Assembly: GCA_048571215.1 (NCBI GenBank)
Contig: CP182352.1
Location: 2,464,001-2,528,000, forward strand
Source of the DNA: Halarcobacter sp.
Lineage (GTDB): Bacteria > Campylobacterota > Campylobacteria > Campylobacterales > Arcobacteraceae
Direction of reading: 5' to 3'
Length of the DNA stretch: 64,000 nt
The notes beneath the pieces are model-generated. The model was not told the origin of the DNA and did not search any database. It was given only the letters and a program-made list of their open reading frames with translations. The position numbers and the translations under genes are program-made. Shown here in pieces: positions 9,831-20,020 of the stretch (position 1 is the stretch's first letter; every line of letters starts with the position of its first letter).

Positions 9831-11234
9831 TTAATTAAAAAGTTTAATTGCTGCTTCTTTCATTATAGATTCATTTTTCTCTTCCAAAATTTTATCTAAA
9901 TAAACAAATACTTTTTCACTTGCATTTTCAACTTGTTCAATTTTATCTTCAATTAGTTTTTTAGAACATGATACTTCATGCCCAGAGCACTCACTAGCCA
10001 AACTATTTGCTTGGTCATGTACAATTGAATGGCATCCTTCCAAATGTCTATAAGATGGTACAAAACTAAACTGCTCTTTTCCTAAACCTGTTTCATACCA
10101 TTTTCCTAATCTACAATTATGGTGATCAACTGCATTGAAATTGTGTTCTCCACCAAAAATTAATTGATACAGATTATTTTTATAAATCACATGGTCAAGT
10201 TTAGCTAAATTTATAAAAATTTTATTTGAAACACTTTCCACTTGATAAACTGATCTATTGGCATTTCTTTGGAAGGTATTCATAAGTTCACTTAAAACTA
10301 TCGTTCTATCTTTTGTTTTATTTACAACCTCTGAAACAACATCTGAACTATCTTTTATCTTATGGGTCTCAATTTGAATTGAATCAACCACATCTTTTAT
10401 CTGTTTTGCAGCTTCTGCACTTCTATTTGCTAGATTTCTAACCTCTTGTGCAACAACAGCAAATCCTTTTCCAGCTTCTCCCGCAGTTGCAGCCTCCACA
10501 GCTGCATTAAGTGATAAAATATTTGTTTGAAATGCAATTTCTTGAATAATATTTATCACATTTGATATATCTTTACTTTTAGAAACCAATGAGTTTATTA
10601 CCTGATGTTCTGTCTCAATCTGTTCATATAAATTTTCTGTATCATTGACAATATCATTAGTTAGTTTATCTCCTCTTGTTGAGCCTTTTGCAGTTTCTTT
10701 TGACTCTTTCATCATATTATCTAATTCATCTAAAAGTGAAAGATAAGCATTTTGTGTAGTGGTTAAAGAGTTTGTCATGTTTTTATTGTGTCTTTCTAAT
10801 AAACCCCCATCTTTATTATCATGGATTGAAGTTTGTTTTAGACATACAATTGTAAAATCATTTATATTCTTTGTTTTAAGTGAAGCTTCACAATCATTTA
10901 ATACAACTGTATCTGATCCCTTATTTAAAGCATTTAATACAATATTTGTATCTAAATCATGCTCTTTTGCCTTTTCATTTAAAAAATATGGCTCTTTCTC
11001 TTTTGAAAATATTACTAAACCCTCTTCTTGAGAAAAAGCTGCCGCTTGTTTATAAAGCTCTAATTGATCTTTTAATACCTCAAATTCTTCTTCTTGTTCT
11101 GAATTATTATTAATTAGATTTTCAAGTTTTAAAATCTTCTCATCTTTTTTAGTTAGTTCATCTGTTAATAAAGCTATTTGCTTTTCTAGATTTGTTATTT
11201 TATCATCTTTTATTTTTGAATTACAAAAAAACAT
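9831..11234 (-). CDS. Soluble methyl-accepting chemotaxis protein with C-terminal CZB zinc-binding domain
   Basis: MCP hairpin [40 protein letters not shown] motifs [21 protein letters not shown]; no TM helices. Confidence 0.9.
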   Translation of the reverse strand: MFFCNSKIKDDKITNLEKQIALLTDELTKKDEKILKLENLINNNSEQEEEFEVLKDQLELYKQAAAFSQEEGLVIFSKEKEPYFLNEKAKEHDLDTNIVLNALNKGSDTVVLNDCEASLKTKNINDFTIVCLKQTSIHDNKDGGLLERHNKNMTNSLTTTQNAYLSLLDELDNMMKESKETAKGSTRGDKLTNDIVNDTENLYEQIETEHQVINSLVSKSKDISNVINIIQEIAFQTNILSLNAAVEAATAGEAGKGFAVVAQEVRNLANRSAEAAKQIKDVVDSIQIETHKIKDSSDVVSEVVNKTKDRTIVLSELMNTFQRNANRSVYQVESVSNKIFINLAKLDHVIYKNNLYQLIFGGEHNFNAVDHHNCRLGKWYETGLGKEQFSFVPSYRHLEGCHSIVHDQANSLASECSGHEVSCSKKLIEDKIEQVENASEKVFVYLDKILEEKNESIMKEAAIKLFN

Positions 11235-11307
11235 TATGTAACTTCCTTTATGGATTTATTATAAAAAATAATTATAACTTATTTTTATTTTGATTGAGAT
11301 TTATATA

Positions 11308-12450
11308 TTAGTTATTATTTAAATTTTTTGCACAAGATACAGCCTGTGCAAAAACAATTTGAAAATTATAGCCACCAAGTTCTCCCGTGATATCTAAACA
11401 TTCACCTATAAAAAAAAGATTTTTTTGAAGTTTACTCTCATAGGTATTTATCTCGATTTCATTTGTAAAAATTCCACCTTTTGTAACCTCAGCTTTTGTA
11501 AATCCAAAAGTTCCCGCTGGTGAAAACTCATAGTTTTTTAAAATTTTCAATTTTTGTTTTTCATCTTTAGTTAATGAACTAATTGATTTATCCTCTAGCT
11601 CAATTGAGTTTAAGAACTCTTGCATAAATCTTTTTGGTAAAGGTATTGCTGAACTGATTTTTTTATTCCCTTTTAGATATTTTTCTAAATTTTGCTTTTT
11701 TAAAAAATCAATTGAGATTTTTCCTTTTTGCCAATAAAGTGAACTATTTAAAATAACAGGACCAGAGCAGCCTTTGTGGGCAAAAAGTAAACTTCCCTCA
11801 AACTCTTTTTCATCAATACTAATATTTACATCACATGAAATTCCACTAAGATTTTTAAACCAAAATTGATCTTTTTGAACGGTAAATCCCACAAGTGCTG
11901 GGGAAGTTTTTATTATAGTATGTCCAAATTTTTTTGCAATATCATAAGCTATTGAAGAAGCCCCTAAACTTTCATAGGATAAACCACCACTTGCAACTAC
12001 AACTTTTTTTGCTAGGATTATATTTTTATTTGTTGTGATTTTAAAAATCTCATCAAAACTTATATCAATCACTTTTGTATTTAGATATTTTTTTACTTTT
12101 GAAGTTAGTTTTTCAAACATCTTTATAACATCACTTGAACTATTACAAAAATATGTTCCTTTTATTATTTTAGGATTTATTTTTGGGAAAACTGTATTTG
12201 AATTTAAGAATGCTAATAAATCTTTATTTGAGAACTCATTTAAAGCAGTTTTTACAAACTCTTTATCTCCTAAATAATTTTTTTCACTAAGGTTTTCATT
12301 AGTGATATTACACTTTGCTCCACCACTAACTTTTATCTTTTCACCAACTTTAGAGTTTGAATCAATTAAACAAACATTATCACTTTTTATTTTAGAAGCA
12401 AACATCAAGCCACTTGCCCCTGCCCCTATTATGGCTATATCGTATACTAT
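11308..12450 (-). CDS. HI0933/BaiN-family NAD(P)/FAD-dependent oxidoreductase (start probably upstream of the track call at 12408)
   Basis: GEKIKVSGGAKCNITN, ASGGLS, AEVTKGG, GELGGYNFQ; in-frame upstream extension IVYDIAIIGAGASG supplies the FAD-binding GxGxxG. Confidence 0.85.
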   Translation of the reverse strand: MVYDIAIIGAGASGLMFASKIKSDNVCLIDSNSKVGEKIKVSGGAKCNITNENLSEKNYLGDKEFVKTALNEFSNKDLLAFLNSNTVFPKINPKIIKGTYFCNSSSDVIKMFEKLTSKVKKYLNTKVIDISFDEIFKITTNKNIILAKKVVVASGGLSYESLGASSIAYDIAKKFGHTIIKTSPALVGFTVQKDQFWFKNLSGISCDVNISIDEKEFEGSLLFAHKGCSGPVILNSSLYWQKGKISIDFLKKQNLEKYLKGNKKISSAIPLPKRFMQEFLNSIELEDKSISSLTKDEKQKLKILKNYEFSPAGTFGFTKAEVTKGGIFTNEIEINTYESKLQKNLFFIGECLDITGELGGYNFQIVFAQAVSCAKNLNNN

Positions 12451-13688
12451 TTTTTTATCCTTTTACAAATAAAAATATTTGTTCTATCTTTATACATATA
12501 CTCCAAGGTATAATCATTTGCTTTTAAAATATTATTTATAATATAAAATCCCAAGCCAAAAGAGTTTTCCCTTTTCTCTTCATTTGAAAAGAATGGTTCA
12601 TAATACTCTTCCAATTTATATTTTAAGGGTTCTCCTATATTTTCAAAGATTATATCTTCATTTTCACTTTTTATAATAACCTTTTTATTGCTTGAGTATT
12701 TAATTGCATTATCAATTAGATTTTTAACAGCTACACAAAAAAGTTTAAAATTAACTTCTAGTTTTTTATTCTCATGATGCTCTTCAACCTCATCATCCTC
12801 AACCATCAAAATATCTTTTGCATTATCAATAATATCATTTAAAAAATAATAGTTTTTCTCTATATTTTTTGTTGATGAGATCAACTCCTCAATTGAAGCA
12901 AACTCATTTATAAGTTGTTCTAGTCTATTAAAAACCTCTTTTAATCTTTTGTCATTATCTTCACTTCTATCTAATTCAGCTAAAAACTTACCTTTTGTAA
13001 TAGGAGTTTTAAGTTCATGCATAATATTTCGTATAAATATATTTCTTGCTTCTTTTATCTGTTTTAGTTTTTTTGCAGTTTTTTTAAACTCCATACCTAG
13101 TCTTGATACTTCATCTTTTCTATTAGTATCACAACACTCAAAATCAAAATTCTCATCACCTAAATTACTAACTTTATCTTTAAGTATTTTTAATGGCATT
13201 AGTTTTCGTAAAGTTACAATAAAAGATAAAATCAAAGTTATAAGAATAACAATAAATACTAAAATAATATAAATACTATCATTTTGAGTTAAACCATTTT
13301 TGTCTTCAATCAAAAATGTCATATTTTTTCTTTTTAAATACACATATTGTTTATCATTTAACTGCAAAACTCTAAATTTAATATCTCTTATATCTCTATC
13401 TACAATAACCTTTGTATTTATGTTATAAGTTATTGCATCAACTGCAGTTTTCTTATCTATTAAAATATAATTTAGTGTTTCTAAATTATCAATAAATCTA
13501 GTACTAAACTCATTGTGTTTATGGTATTGTTTAAATACAATCTTGGAAACAGGTCCATATTTTCTTAATAAATCATGCTCCAAACCCTCTTGGTTTGTTT
13601 TAAGAAGTATTGCAAAACTTATTAATACTAGTAACATTGATATAATAAAACTTACAGTTATTGTGAAAAATATTGATTCTCTATTCAT
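12447..13688 (-). CDS. Two-component sensor histidine kinase (ArsS-like, HAMP domain)
   Basis: Two TM helices, HAMP, H-box MHELKTPITKG, NLIDNAIKYS, FGLGFYI. Confidence 0.9.
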   Translation of the reverse strand: MNRESIFFTITVSFIISMLLVLISFAILLKTNQEGLEHDLLRKYGPVSKIVFKQYHKHNEFSTRFIDNLETLNYILIDKKTAVDAITYNINTKVIVDRDIRDIKFRVLQLNDKQYVYLKRKNMTFLIEDKNGLTQNDSIYIILVFIVILITLILSFIVTLRKLMPLKILKDKVSNLGDENFDFECCDTNRKDEVSRLGMEFKKTAKKLKQIKEARNIFIRNIMHELKTPITKGKFLAELDRSEDNDKRLKEVFNRLEQLINEFASIEELISSTKNIEKNYYFLNDIIDNAKDILMVEDDEVEEHHENKKLEVNFKLFCVAVKNLIDNAIKYSSNKKVIIKSENEDIIFENIGEPLKYKLEEYYEPFFSNEEKRENSFGLGFYIINNILKANDYTLEYMYKDRTNIFICKRIKK

Positions 13689-14365
13689 TGTATAAATTTA
13701 TATCCCATTCCTCTGATTGTGTGAAGATATTGTGGTTCTTTTGGATTATCTTCAATCTTTTGTCTTATTCTATTAATTATTACTGCTAAAGAACCTGAAT
13801 TTTCATAATCTGAATTTAATAAATCTGAATTTTCAAAAATATCTTCTCTACTGATTACAAAACCTTCTCTTCTTATCATTAAAGATAAAACCTCATATTC
13901 AGCAGCAGTAAATTTAATATACTTTCCATTTTTTGTTATCTCTTTTTTATCACTATCAAGTTTAAAAGTAGCTTGTATGGTGCTATTCTGTTCATCATTT
14001 TGATGGTTAAATCTTCTAAGTATTGTTTTGATTCTTACTTCTAATTCTCTTGGATCATAAGGTTTAGGCAAATAATCATCAGCACCTAATTGTAAAGCAG
14101 TAACCTTATCAGTTATATCACTTCTTGCACTTGAAATAATAATAGGTATATCAAAGTTTTTTACTATCTCTTTACAAACATCAAGACCATCCATACCAGG
14201 AAGAGTCAAATCTAAGATAATTAGATCATATTTATTTATTTTTAAACTACTAAGAGCCAAAAAAGGCTCTTCGTAGTTAATAACTTCGATATTATATTTT
14301 TTTAGATATTGAGTTAAAACATCAGCAAGTTCTAAATCATCTTCTACCATTGCAATTTTTATCAA
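13685..14365 (-). CDS. OmpR-family response regulator
   Basis: VEDD, LDLTLPGMDG, GADDYLPKPY, winged-helix end HTIRGMGYKF. Confidence 0.95.
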   Translation of the reverse strand: MIKIAMVEDDLELADVLTQYLKKYNIEVINYEEPFLALSSLKINKYDLIILDLTLPGMDGLDVCKEIVKNFDIPIIISSARSDITDKVTALQLGADDYLPKPYDPRELEVRIKTILRRFNHQNDEQNSTIQATFKLDSDKKEITKNGKYIKFTAAEYEVLSLMIRREGFVISREDIFENSDLLNSDYENSGSLAVIINRIRQKIEDNPKEPQYLHTIRGMGYKFIQ

Positions 14366-14831
14366 AGTTCATCCTTTTTTCCATCATTGCCATTTTTTTA
14401 TCTTCTCTTAAATCCATCAACACTTTTAACTGCTCTTTTTGAGTTTGTGTTAATATAGCATAAACTTTTTCAATCATTTGTGCTTTTGATTCTACCATAT
14501 TATCTCTTTTTTGTTTCATTATTTCAATAAACTTATCTTTATCAAATGAAGTTTTTGTAAATGCAACATTTAAACTCTTTTTATTTTTCATCATCTCTTT
14601 TTTTATTTCAAAGATTTTAGTTTTTTGCTCAGCTGTTAGATTAAGTTTATTTACCATTGATAAAAAAGGTGAACTTTTTTTATGGTATCTCATTTTAAAA
14701 TCTTTTTTAAAACTTTTTTGTTGACTCATATCACCTGGATTCATTCCACTATATGCAAATGCTGAAGTTGATAATAAACCAACTAAAGCCAATGCCATTA
14801 AAGTTTTCTTTTTTTCTATTTGTTTAATCAT
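14337..14831 (-). CDS. Spy/CpxP-family periplasmic chaperone
   Basis: Signal peptide (AFA), two LTxxQ motifs (LNLTAEQK, ILTQTQK). Confidence 0.85.
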   Translation of the reverse strand: MIKQIEKKKTLMALALVGLLSTSAFAYSGMNPGDMSQQKSFKKDFKMRYHKKSSPFLSMVNKLNLTAEQKTKIFEIKKEMMKNKKSLNVAFTKTSFDKDKFIEIMKQKRDNMVESKAQMIEKVYAILTQTQKEQLKVLMDLREDKKMAMMEKRMNFDKNCNGRR

Positions 14832-14983
14832 TGTTTATCCTTTTTATTTTTTAACTATAGAATTATGACATTAAGATTTTAATGGTCTTTAAATCCTTTA
14901 TTAATCCAATCTTAATGATATATATTTCTAAACTTAATCTATTTTATAATAAAATCTAATAATAAATATGCAAAAGGTTTATC

Positions 14984-16282
14984 ATGATAAGAAGAGATTT
15001 TTTTAAATATACATTTTTAACCACTGCTACATTAACTTCTCTTAATGCTAATACAAAAAAAGATGACAACTCAACTGTAAAAACAGATATCGCTATTTTA
15101 GGTGGAGGTTTTGCAGGACTAAGTTGTGCAAAAGAGTTAAAAAGATTAAACCCAAATTTAGATGTAACAATTATAGAAAAAAAAGAGTCTTTTACCTCTT
15201 GCCCTTTTTCTAATCTTTGGTTAGGTGAGACTCAAGGTATAAGTTATGAAAACCTTAATTACCCTTATAATGATGCTATTATAAAATATAACTATAATTT
15301 TTTAAATGAAACAATTATTGATGTAAAAAAAGACAAAAAAATTGTAATCACAGATAAAAATTCTATTAAATATAAATATTTAGTTCTAGCTTTGGGAATA
15401 GATTACGACTATTCCTATCTATTTAAAGATAAAAAAAAGATAGAAAAAGCAAAACTTTTTGCGCCAGCTGGATTAAAACCAGGAAGTGAACATCTAAAAA
15501 TAAAAGAATCCATAAAAAATTTTAAAACAGGTAATTTTATTATAACGGTACCCCCATTTTCATATAAATGTCCCCCTGCACCTTATGAAAGAGCTTGTAT
15601 GATTGCAAACTATTTTAAAAAAAATAATATTAATGGGAAAGTTATAGTTTTAGACCCAAGAGAGAAACCTTTAGCTAAACCTAAAAAAATTTTAAAGGCT
15701 TTTAGTAACTTTTATAAAGAGTATATAACTTATATTCCAAACTCAAAAATTCTTGATGTGGAGTTTGAGAAAAAAAACTTAAGTTATGAGTTTTTTGACG
15801 AGCAGGAGTTAGAAAATAAAAAGCTAAAAATACAATATTCACAACTTTGTCTTATGCCTAAAAACAAAGCAAACTCACTTATAGAAAAAATTGGACTAGA
15901 ACTAACTCCTGATGGTTGGGCAAAACTTAAAGAACCTACATTTAGGAGTACTGTTGATGAAAATATTTATGTAATTGGTGATGCCCAAGGTACTTACCCT
16001 TTCCCCAAGTCAGCTCAAATGGCAAACTCTTGCGCCTATATTGTTGCAAATGAGATTGTAAATACAATTGCAAAAATCCCTTTTGATTATAGAAAAAATC
16101 TTCCAGGAAATATTTGTTATTCTATGATAACAGATGATTTGGCAACTAGTGTTACCCACTCTTATTTATACACTAATAAGATGAATCTAAGTGTAAGTGT
16201 AAGCAATATAGACAAATATACTGCGCAGGCTGCATATGGTTGGTATTTTGGTTTAATAGAAGATATTTTAGCAATTAAATAA
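14984..16282 (+). CDS. Tat-exported flavocytochrome c sulfide dehydrogenase flavoprotein-like (FccB/SoxF family)
   Basis: Tat motif RRDFFK, GGGFAG, SCPFSN, YKCPPAPYERA, VIGDA, PKSAQMAN. Confidence 0.82.
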   Translation: MIRRDFFKYTFLTTATLTSLNANTKKDDNSTVKTDIAILGGGFAGLSCAKELKRLNPNLDVTIIEKKESFTSCPFSNLWLGETQGISYENLNYPYNDAIIKYNYNFLNETIIDVKKDKKIVITDKNSIKYKYLVLALGIDYDYSYLFKDKKKIEKAKLFAPAGLKPGSEHLKIKESIKNFKTGNFIITVPPFSYKCPPAPYERACMIANYFKKNNINGKVIVLDPREKPLAKPKKILKAFSNFYKEYITYIPNSKILDVEFEKKNLSYEFFDEQELENKKLKIQYSQLCLMPKNKANSLIEKIGLELTPDGWAKLKEPTFRSTVDENIYVIGDAQGTYPFPKSAQMANSCAYIVANEIVNTIAKIPFDYRKNLPGNICYSMITDDLATSVTHSYLYTNKMNLSVSVSNIDKYTAQAAYGWYFGLIEDILAIK

Positions 16283-16352
16283 AGCTAAGATTCGATTAAT
16301 TTTTAAAATAACTGCTTTAGTGTATAATATATGAAAATAACGAAGAGAACAA

Positions 16353-18461
16353 ATGAAACTATCTAAATCTATTTTTAATTCAATCTTTTTAGTATCAATA
16401 TTCTCTATTCTTTTAGTAAGTGCTTTTTTTATTTTATTTCAATTTAATAATTTTAATAAAGATAAGAAAAATCTAAAAGAAGATTATATAGAAAGAAAAA
16501 AGATTTTATTAAAAAAAGAGGTTTTGCTTGTTTATAATTATATACAATACCAAGAAAAAAGAAAAAACTTAGAATTAAGAAAAAAATTAAAACAACAAGT
16601 TGAACAAGCTTATACTACAATTTTAAATATATATGAAGAAAACAAAGATAAGTTAAGTGAAGATGAGATTAAATACCTTATAGTTCAAGTTTTAAAAAAT
16701 ATAACATTTAAAAATAAAAGACAATATTTTTTTATAAATACAAATTCGGGTCAAGCAATTCTTTATAATAAAAATTTATATTTAGATACAAATAAAAACT
16801 TATGGGATTTACAAGATTTAAAAGGACAATACTTTATAAGAAAACAAAGTAAAATAGCCCTATCAGAAGGTTCTGGTTTTATTAAAATCTATTTTGCTAA
16901 AGCTAATAATAAACAAGATCCCAAATTAAGTTACATCAAAAACTTTAAACCCTTTAATTGGCATATAGGAATGGGGGAGTATTTAGATGATTTTACATAT
17001 GAACTTAAACAAGATATTTTAGAATATATTGCAAGTATTAGATTTGATAAAAATGGGTATATTTTTATCAATAGTATAGATAAAAAAGCATTGGTTTTTG
17101 ATGGTAGAAAACTTGCCATTGCAAAAACTTATCCAAATGATAAATTATTTAAGAAGCAACTAAATGCAATAAAAAATAAAAATGGAGATTTTTTCTTTTA
17201 TAAATTTAAAAAATTAAATGGTCAAAAAAAGTTTCCAAAACTAGCATATGTAAAGCTTTATGAAAATTGGGGTTGGATTATTGGAAGTGGCATCTACATA
17301 GATGAAATTGACACCCAATTGGCTAAAAAAGATAATCAACTAACAATGGTGATTAAAGAAGAACTTCTAATAATATTTATTTTTCTAATTTTTACTATTA
17401 TTTTAATATATATCTTATCAAAAAGTTTAAGCTTAAAACTTATAAATAATCTAGAACTTCTTAGTGTTTCCTTTGATAAGGCATCAAAAAACTTTACAAT
17501 TATTGATTCCTCTAAATTTAGTATCAAAGAGTTTAAATACTTTTCAAATAGTTTAAATAAAGTATTAGTTCAAAGAAATAATACACAGAAAAAATTAAAA
17601 AATTATTTGAATCTTGTAAATAACCATGTAATAACTTCTACAACGGATGAAAAAGGTATTATTACAAATGTTAGTGAAGCCTTTTGTAAAATTTCTGGAT
17701 ATTCAAAAAAAGAATTAATAGGTAAATCACATAATATTGTAAAACATGAAGATATGCCAGATGAATTATACAAAGATTTATGGCAAACAATTAAAAGTGG
17801 AAAGATATGGAAAGGTGAAATTAAAAATAAGAAAAAAAATGCAGACTCTTATTGGGTTGATGTTGTTATTGAACCAATTTTACAAGATTCAGTTATAGTT
17901 GGTTATACTGCCATAAGACATGATATTACAGATAAAAAAAAGGTTGAATACTTATCTATTACGGATGAATTAAGTGGTTTATACAATAGAAGGTTTTTCA
18001 ATCAAAAGATTGAAAATGAGATTAATAGAGCAAAAAGAGAAGATAATTATCTATCACTAATGATAATTGATGTTGATTTTTTTAAAAAATACAATGACAC
18101 ATATGGACATATGTTAGGAGATAGTGCCATTAAAAATCTTTCAGATGTTTTGATATCTATGGTCAATAGGTCAAGTGATTTTGCCTTTAGGTTAGGTGGA
18201 GAAGAGTTTGGAATAATAATTTCACAAAAAGATAAAGATAGTGCTTTTTTATATGCAAATAAAATAAAAGAAAAAATAGAACAACTTCATATTGAACATA
18301 GATTAAATAAAAGTTCAAAATATCTAACTGTTTCAATTGGTATTATTACAAAAAAAGCAATTGAAATCAAAAGTAGCAGTGAGTTATATAGTTTAGCTGA
18401 TGAGGCTTTATATCTATCAAAGAAAAATGGTAGAAACCAAGTAACAAGTATGAACTTATGA
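16353..18461 (+). CDS. Diguanylate cyclase with Cache and PAS sensor domains
   Basis: TM-Cache (WHIGMGEY, WGWIIGSGIY)-TM-PAS-GGEEF; RxxD I-site (RSSD). Confidence 0.9.
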   Translation: MKLSKSIFNSIFLVSIFSILLVSAFFILFQFNNFNKDKKNLKEDYIERKKILLKKEVLLVYNYIQYQEKRKNLELRKKLKQQVEQAYTTILNIYEENKDKLSEDEIKYLIVQVLKNITFKNKRQYFFINTNSGQAILYNKNLYLDTNKNLWDLQDLKGQYFIRKQSKIALSEGSGFIKIYFAKANNKQDPKLSYIKNFKPFNWHIGMGEYLDDFTYELKQDILEYIASIRFDKNGYIFINSIDKKALVFDGRKLAIAKTYPNDKLFKKQLNAIKNKNGDFFFYKFKKLNGQKKFPKLAYVKLYENWGWIIGSGIYIDEIDTQLAKKDNQLTMVIKEELLIIFIFLIFTIILIYILSKSLSLKLINNLELLSVSFDKASKNFTIIDSSKFSIKEFKYFSNSLNKVLVQRNNTQKKLKNYLNLVNNHVITSTTDEKGIITNVSEAFCKISGYSKKELIGKSHNIVKHEDMPDELYKDLWQTIKSGKIWKGEIKNKKKNADSYWVDVVIEPILQDSVIVGYTAIRHDITDKKKVEYLSITDELSGLYNRRFFNQKIENEINRAKREDNYLSLMIIDVDFFKKYNDTYGHMLGDSAIKNLSDVLISMVNRSSDFAFRLGGEEFGIIISQKDKDSAFLYANKIKEKIEQLHIEHRLNKSSKYLTVSIGIITKKAIEIKSSSELYSLADEALYLSKKNGRNQVTSMNL

Positions 18462-20020
18462 ATATCTTATCAAAAAAATTCCTTCTTTTTATAATTGTTT
18501 TAGAAATAGTATTCTCTTCAATATTTGGTATGTATATCTACAATGAAGAGAGTAAAAATATCAAAAAAAAATTTGAAAAAGATGTAGATGATAAAATAGT
18601 TGCTTTAGATATGGAACTTTCACTTAATTTTGAGGTTCTTTACTCAGTAAAAGGTCTTTTTGATACCTCAGAGTTGGTTACATATAAAGAGTTTCAATCC
18701 CTAACAAAAGAAGCTTTAAAAAGGCATAGAAGTATTCAATCTTTGGAATGGGCTCCTAAAATCAAGCATAAAGATAGAGCTTTTTATGAATCATTGATGA
18801 AAAAACAGTTTCCATTCTTCCAAATAACACAAAAAGATAAATCAGGCAAACTAATAAGAAGTAAAAATAAAGACTATTACTATCCTACTTTATATTTAGA
18901 ACCCTATTTAGGAAATGAATATTCACTAGGATTTGATTTGTCTTCTGAAGAGAAAAGGTTTAATACTTTAAAAAACTCTGCAAAATATAACAAGCTTCTT
19001 TCAACACCTATAATTAATTTATTACAAAATGGTATAGAAAGAAAAGGTTTTTTAACATTTTTACCCGTATATGAAAAAAAATCTTTTAATACAAAAAGCA
19101 GACTTAAAAATATCCAAGGCTTTGTTATAATAGTATTTAGAATTGATACCTTAATTGAAAATGCTTTAAATAAAACCCATATTGATGGAATCAATTTTAC
19201 TATTTATGATATAACTAAACAAAAAAATAAACTAATCTACGCTTCAAGTAAAAATGATAACTTATTAAAACATAGTTTTAAATATGAAAAAACTATTATC
19301 AATATTGATGAAAAGAAGTGGGAAATTATTGCTACTCCTTCAAATCATTATATAGATGAGAGAAGGACTGTCCTTCCATCTATGATAGTCCTTATAAGCG
19401 TTATTTTTATAATATTTACAACTTTTTATATAAATCTTATCATTCAAAGAAATAAACAAATTGAATCAAAAGTAAAACAAAGAACAAAAGAATTAAATGA
19501 AGCAAATGAAAAACTAAAAGAGATTTCAAGAACCGATTCTTTAACAAAAATTGCAAATAGAAGATATTTCAATGAAGTTATACAAAGTGAATGGTATAGA
19601 GCCATAAGGGAACGGACAGCTATCTCTATTATGTTGATTGATGTGGATTACTTCAAACTCTATAATGATAAATATGGGCATATAGAAGGGGATTATTGCT
19701 TAAAAGATATAGCCTTTGCTTTAAGAAACTCTTTAAATAGAAGCTCTGATTTTTTGGCAAGATATGGGGGAGAAGAGTTTGTGATAATACTTCCAAATAC
19801 AAATGATGCTAGTTTGGTTGCTAAAAACTGTCAAGAAAATATTCAAAAACTTGAAATAGAACATGAGGACTCAAAGATATCTAAATATGTGACAATAAGT
19901 ATTGGTATCAATTCATTAAAGCCCAAAAAAAGTGATAGTTTAACAAGTTTTATAAACAAAGCAGATCAAGCTTTATATAAAGCAAAAGAAAATGGTAGAA
20001 ATTGTATTTTTACCATCTAG
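18458..20020 (+). CDS. CHASE-domain diguanylate cyclase
   Basis: CHASE motifs (LEWAP, YLEPYLGNEYSLGFDL), GGEEF, RSSD I-site. Confidence 0.9.
   Translation: MNILSKKFLLFIIVLEIVFSSIFGMYIYNEESKNIKKKFEKDVDDKIVALDMELSLNFEVLYSVKGLFDTSELVTYKEFQSLTKEALKRHRSIQSLEWAPKIKHKDRAFYESLMKKQFPFFQITQKDKSGKLIRSKNKDYYYPTLYLEPYLGNEYSLGFDLSSEEKRFNTLKNSAKYNKLLSTPIINLLQNGIERKGFLTFLPVYEKKSFNTKSRLKNIQGFVIIVFRIDTLIENALNKTHIDGINFTIYDITKQKNKLIYASSKNDNLLKHSFKYEKTIINIDEKKWEIIATPSNHYIDERRTVLPSMIVLISVIFIIFTTFYINLIIQRNKQIESKVKQRTKELNEANEKLKEISRTDSLTKIANRRYFNEVIQSEWYRAIRERTAISIMLIDVDYFKLYNDKYGHIEGDYCLKDIAFALRNSLNRSSDFLARYGGEEFVIILPNTNDASLVAKNCQENIQKLEIEHEDSKISKYVTISIGINSLKPKKSDSLTSFINKADQALYKAKENGRNCIFTI

Noticed and set aside
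2623..13695. Short plus-strand ORFs opposite the minus-strand gene run
   Set aside because: Contained in or overlapping strong genes; F/S/I/L-rich composition typical of antisense frames
6100..17930. Similar PAS-coding segments in three signalling genes as a DNA repeat
   Set aside because: Protein-level paralogy of a common PAS subtype, not a discrete DNA repeat
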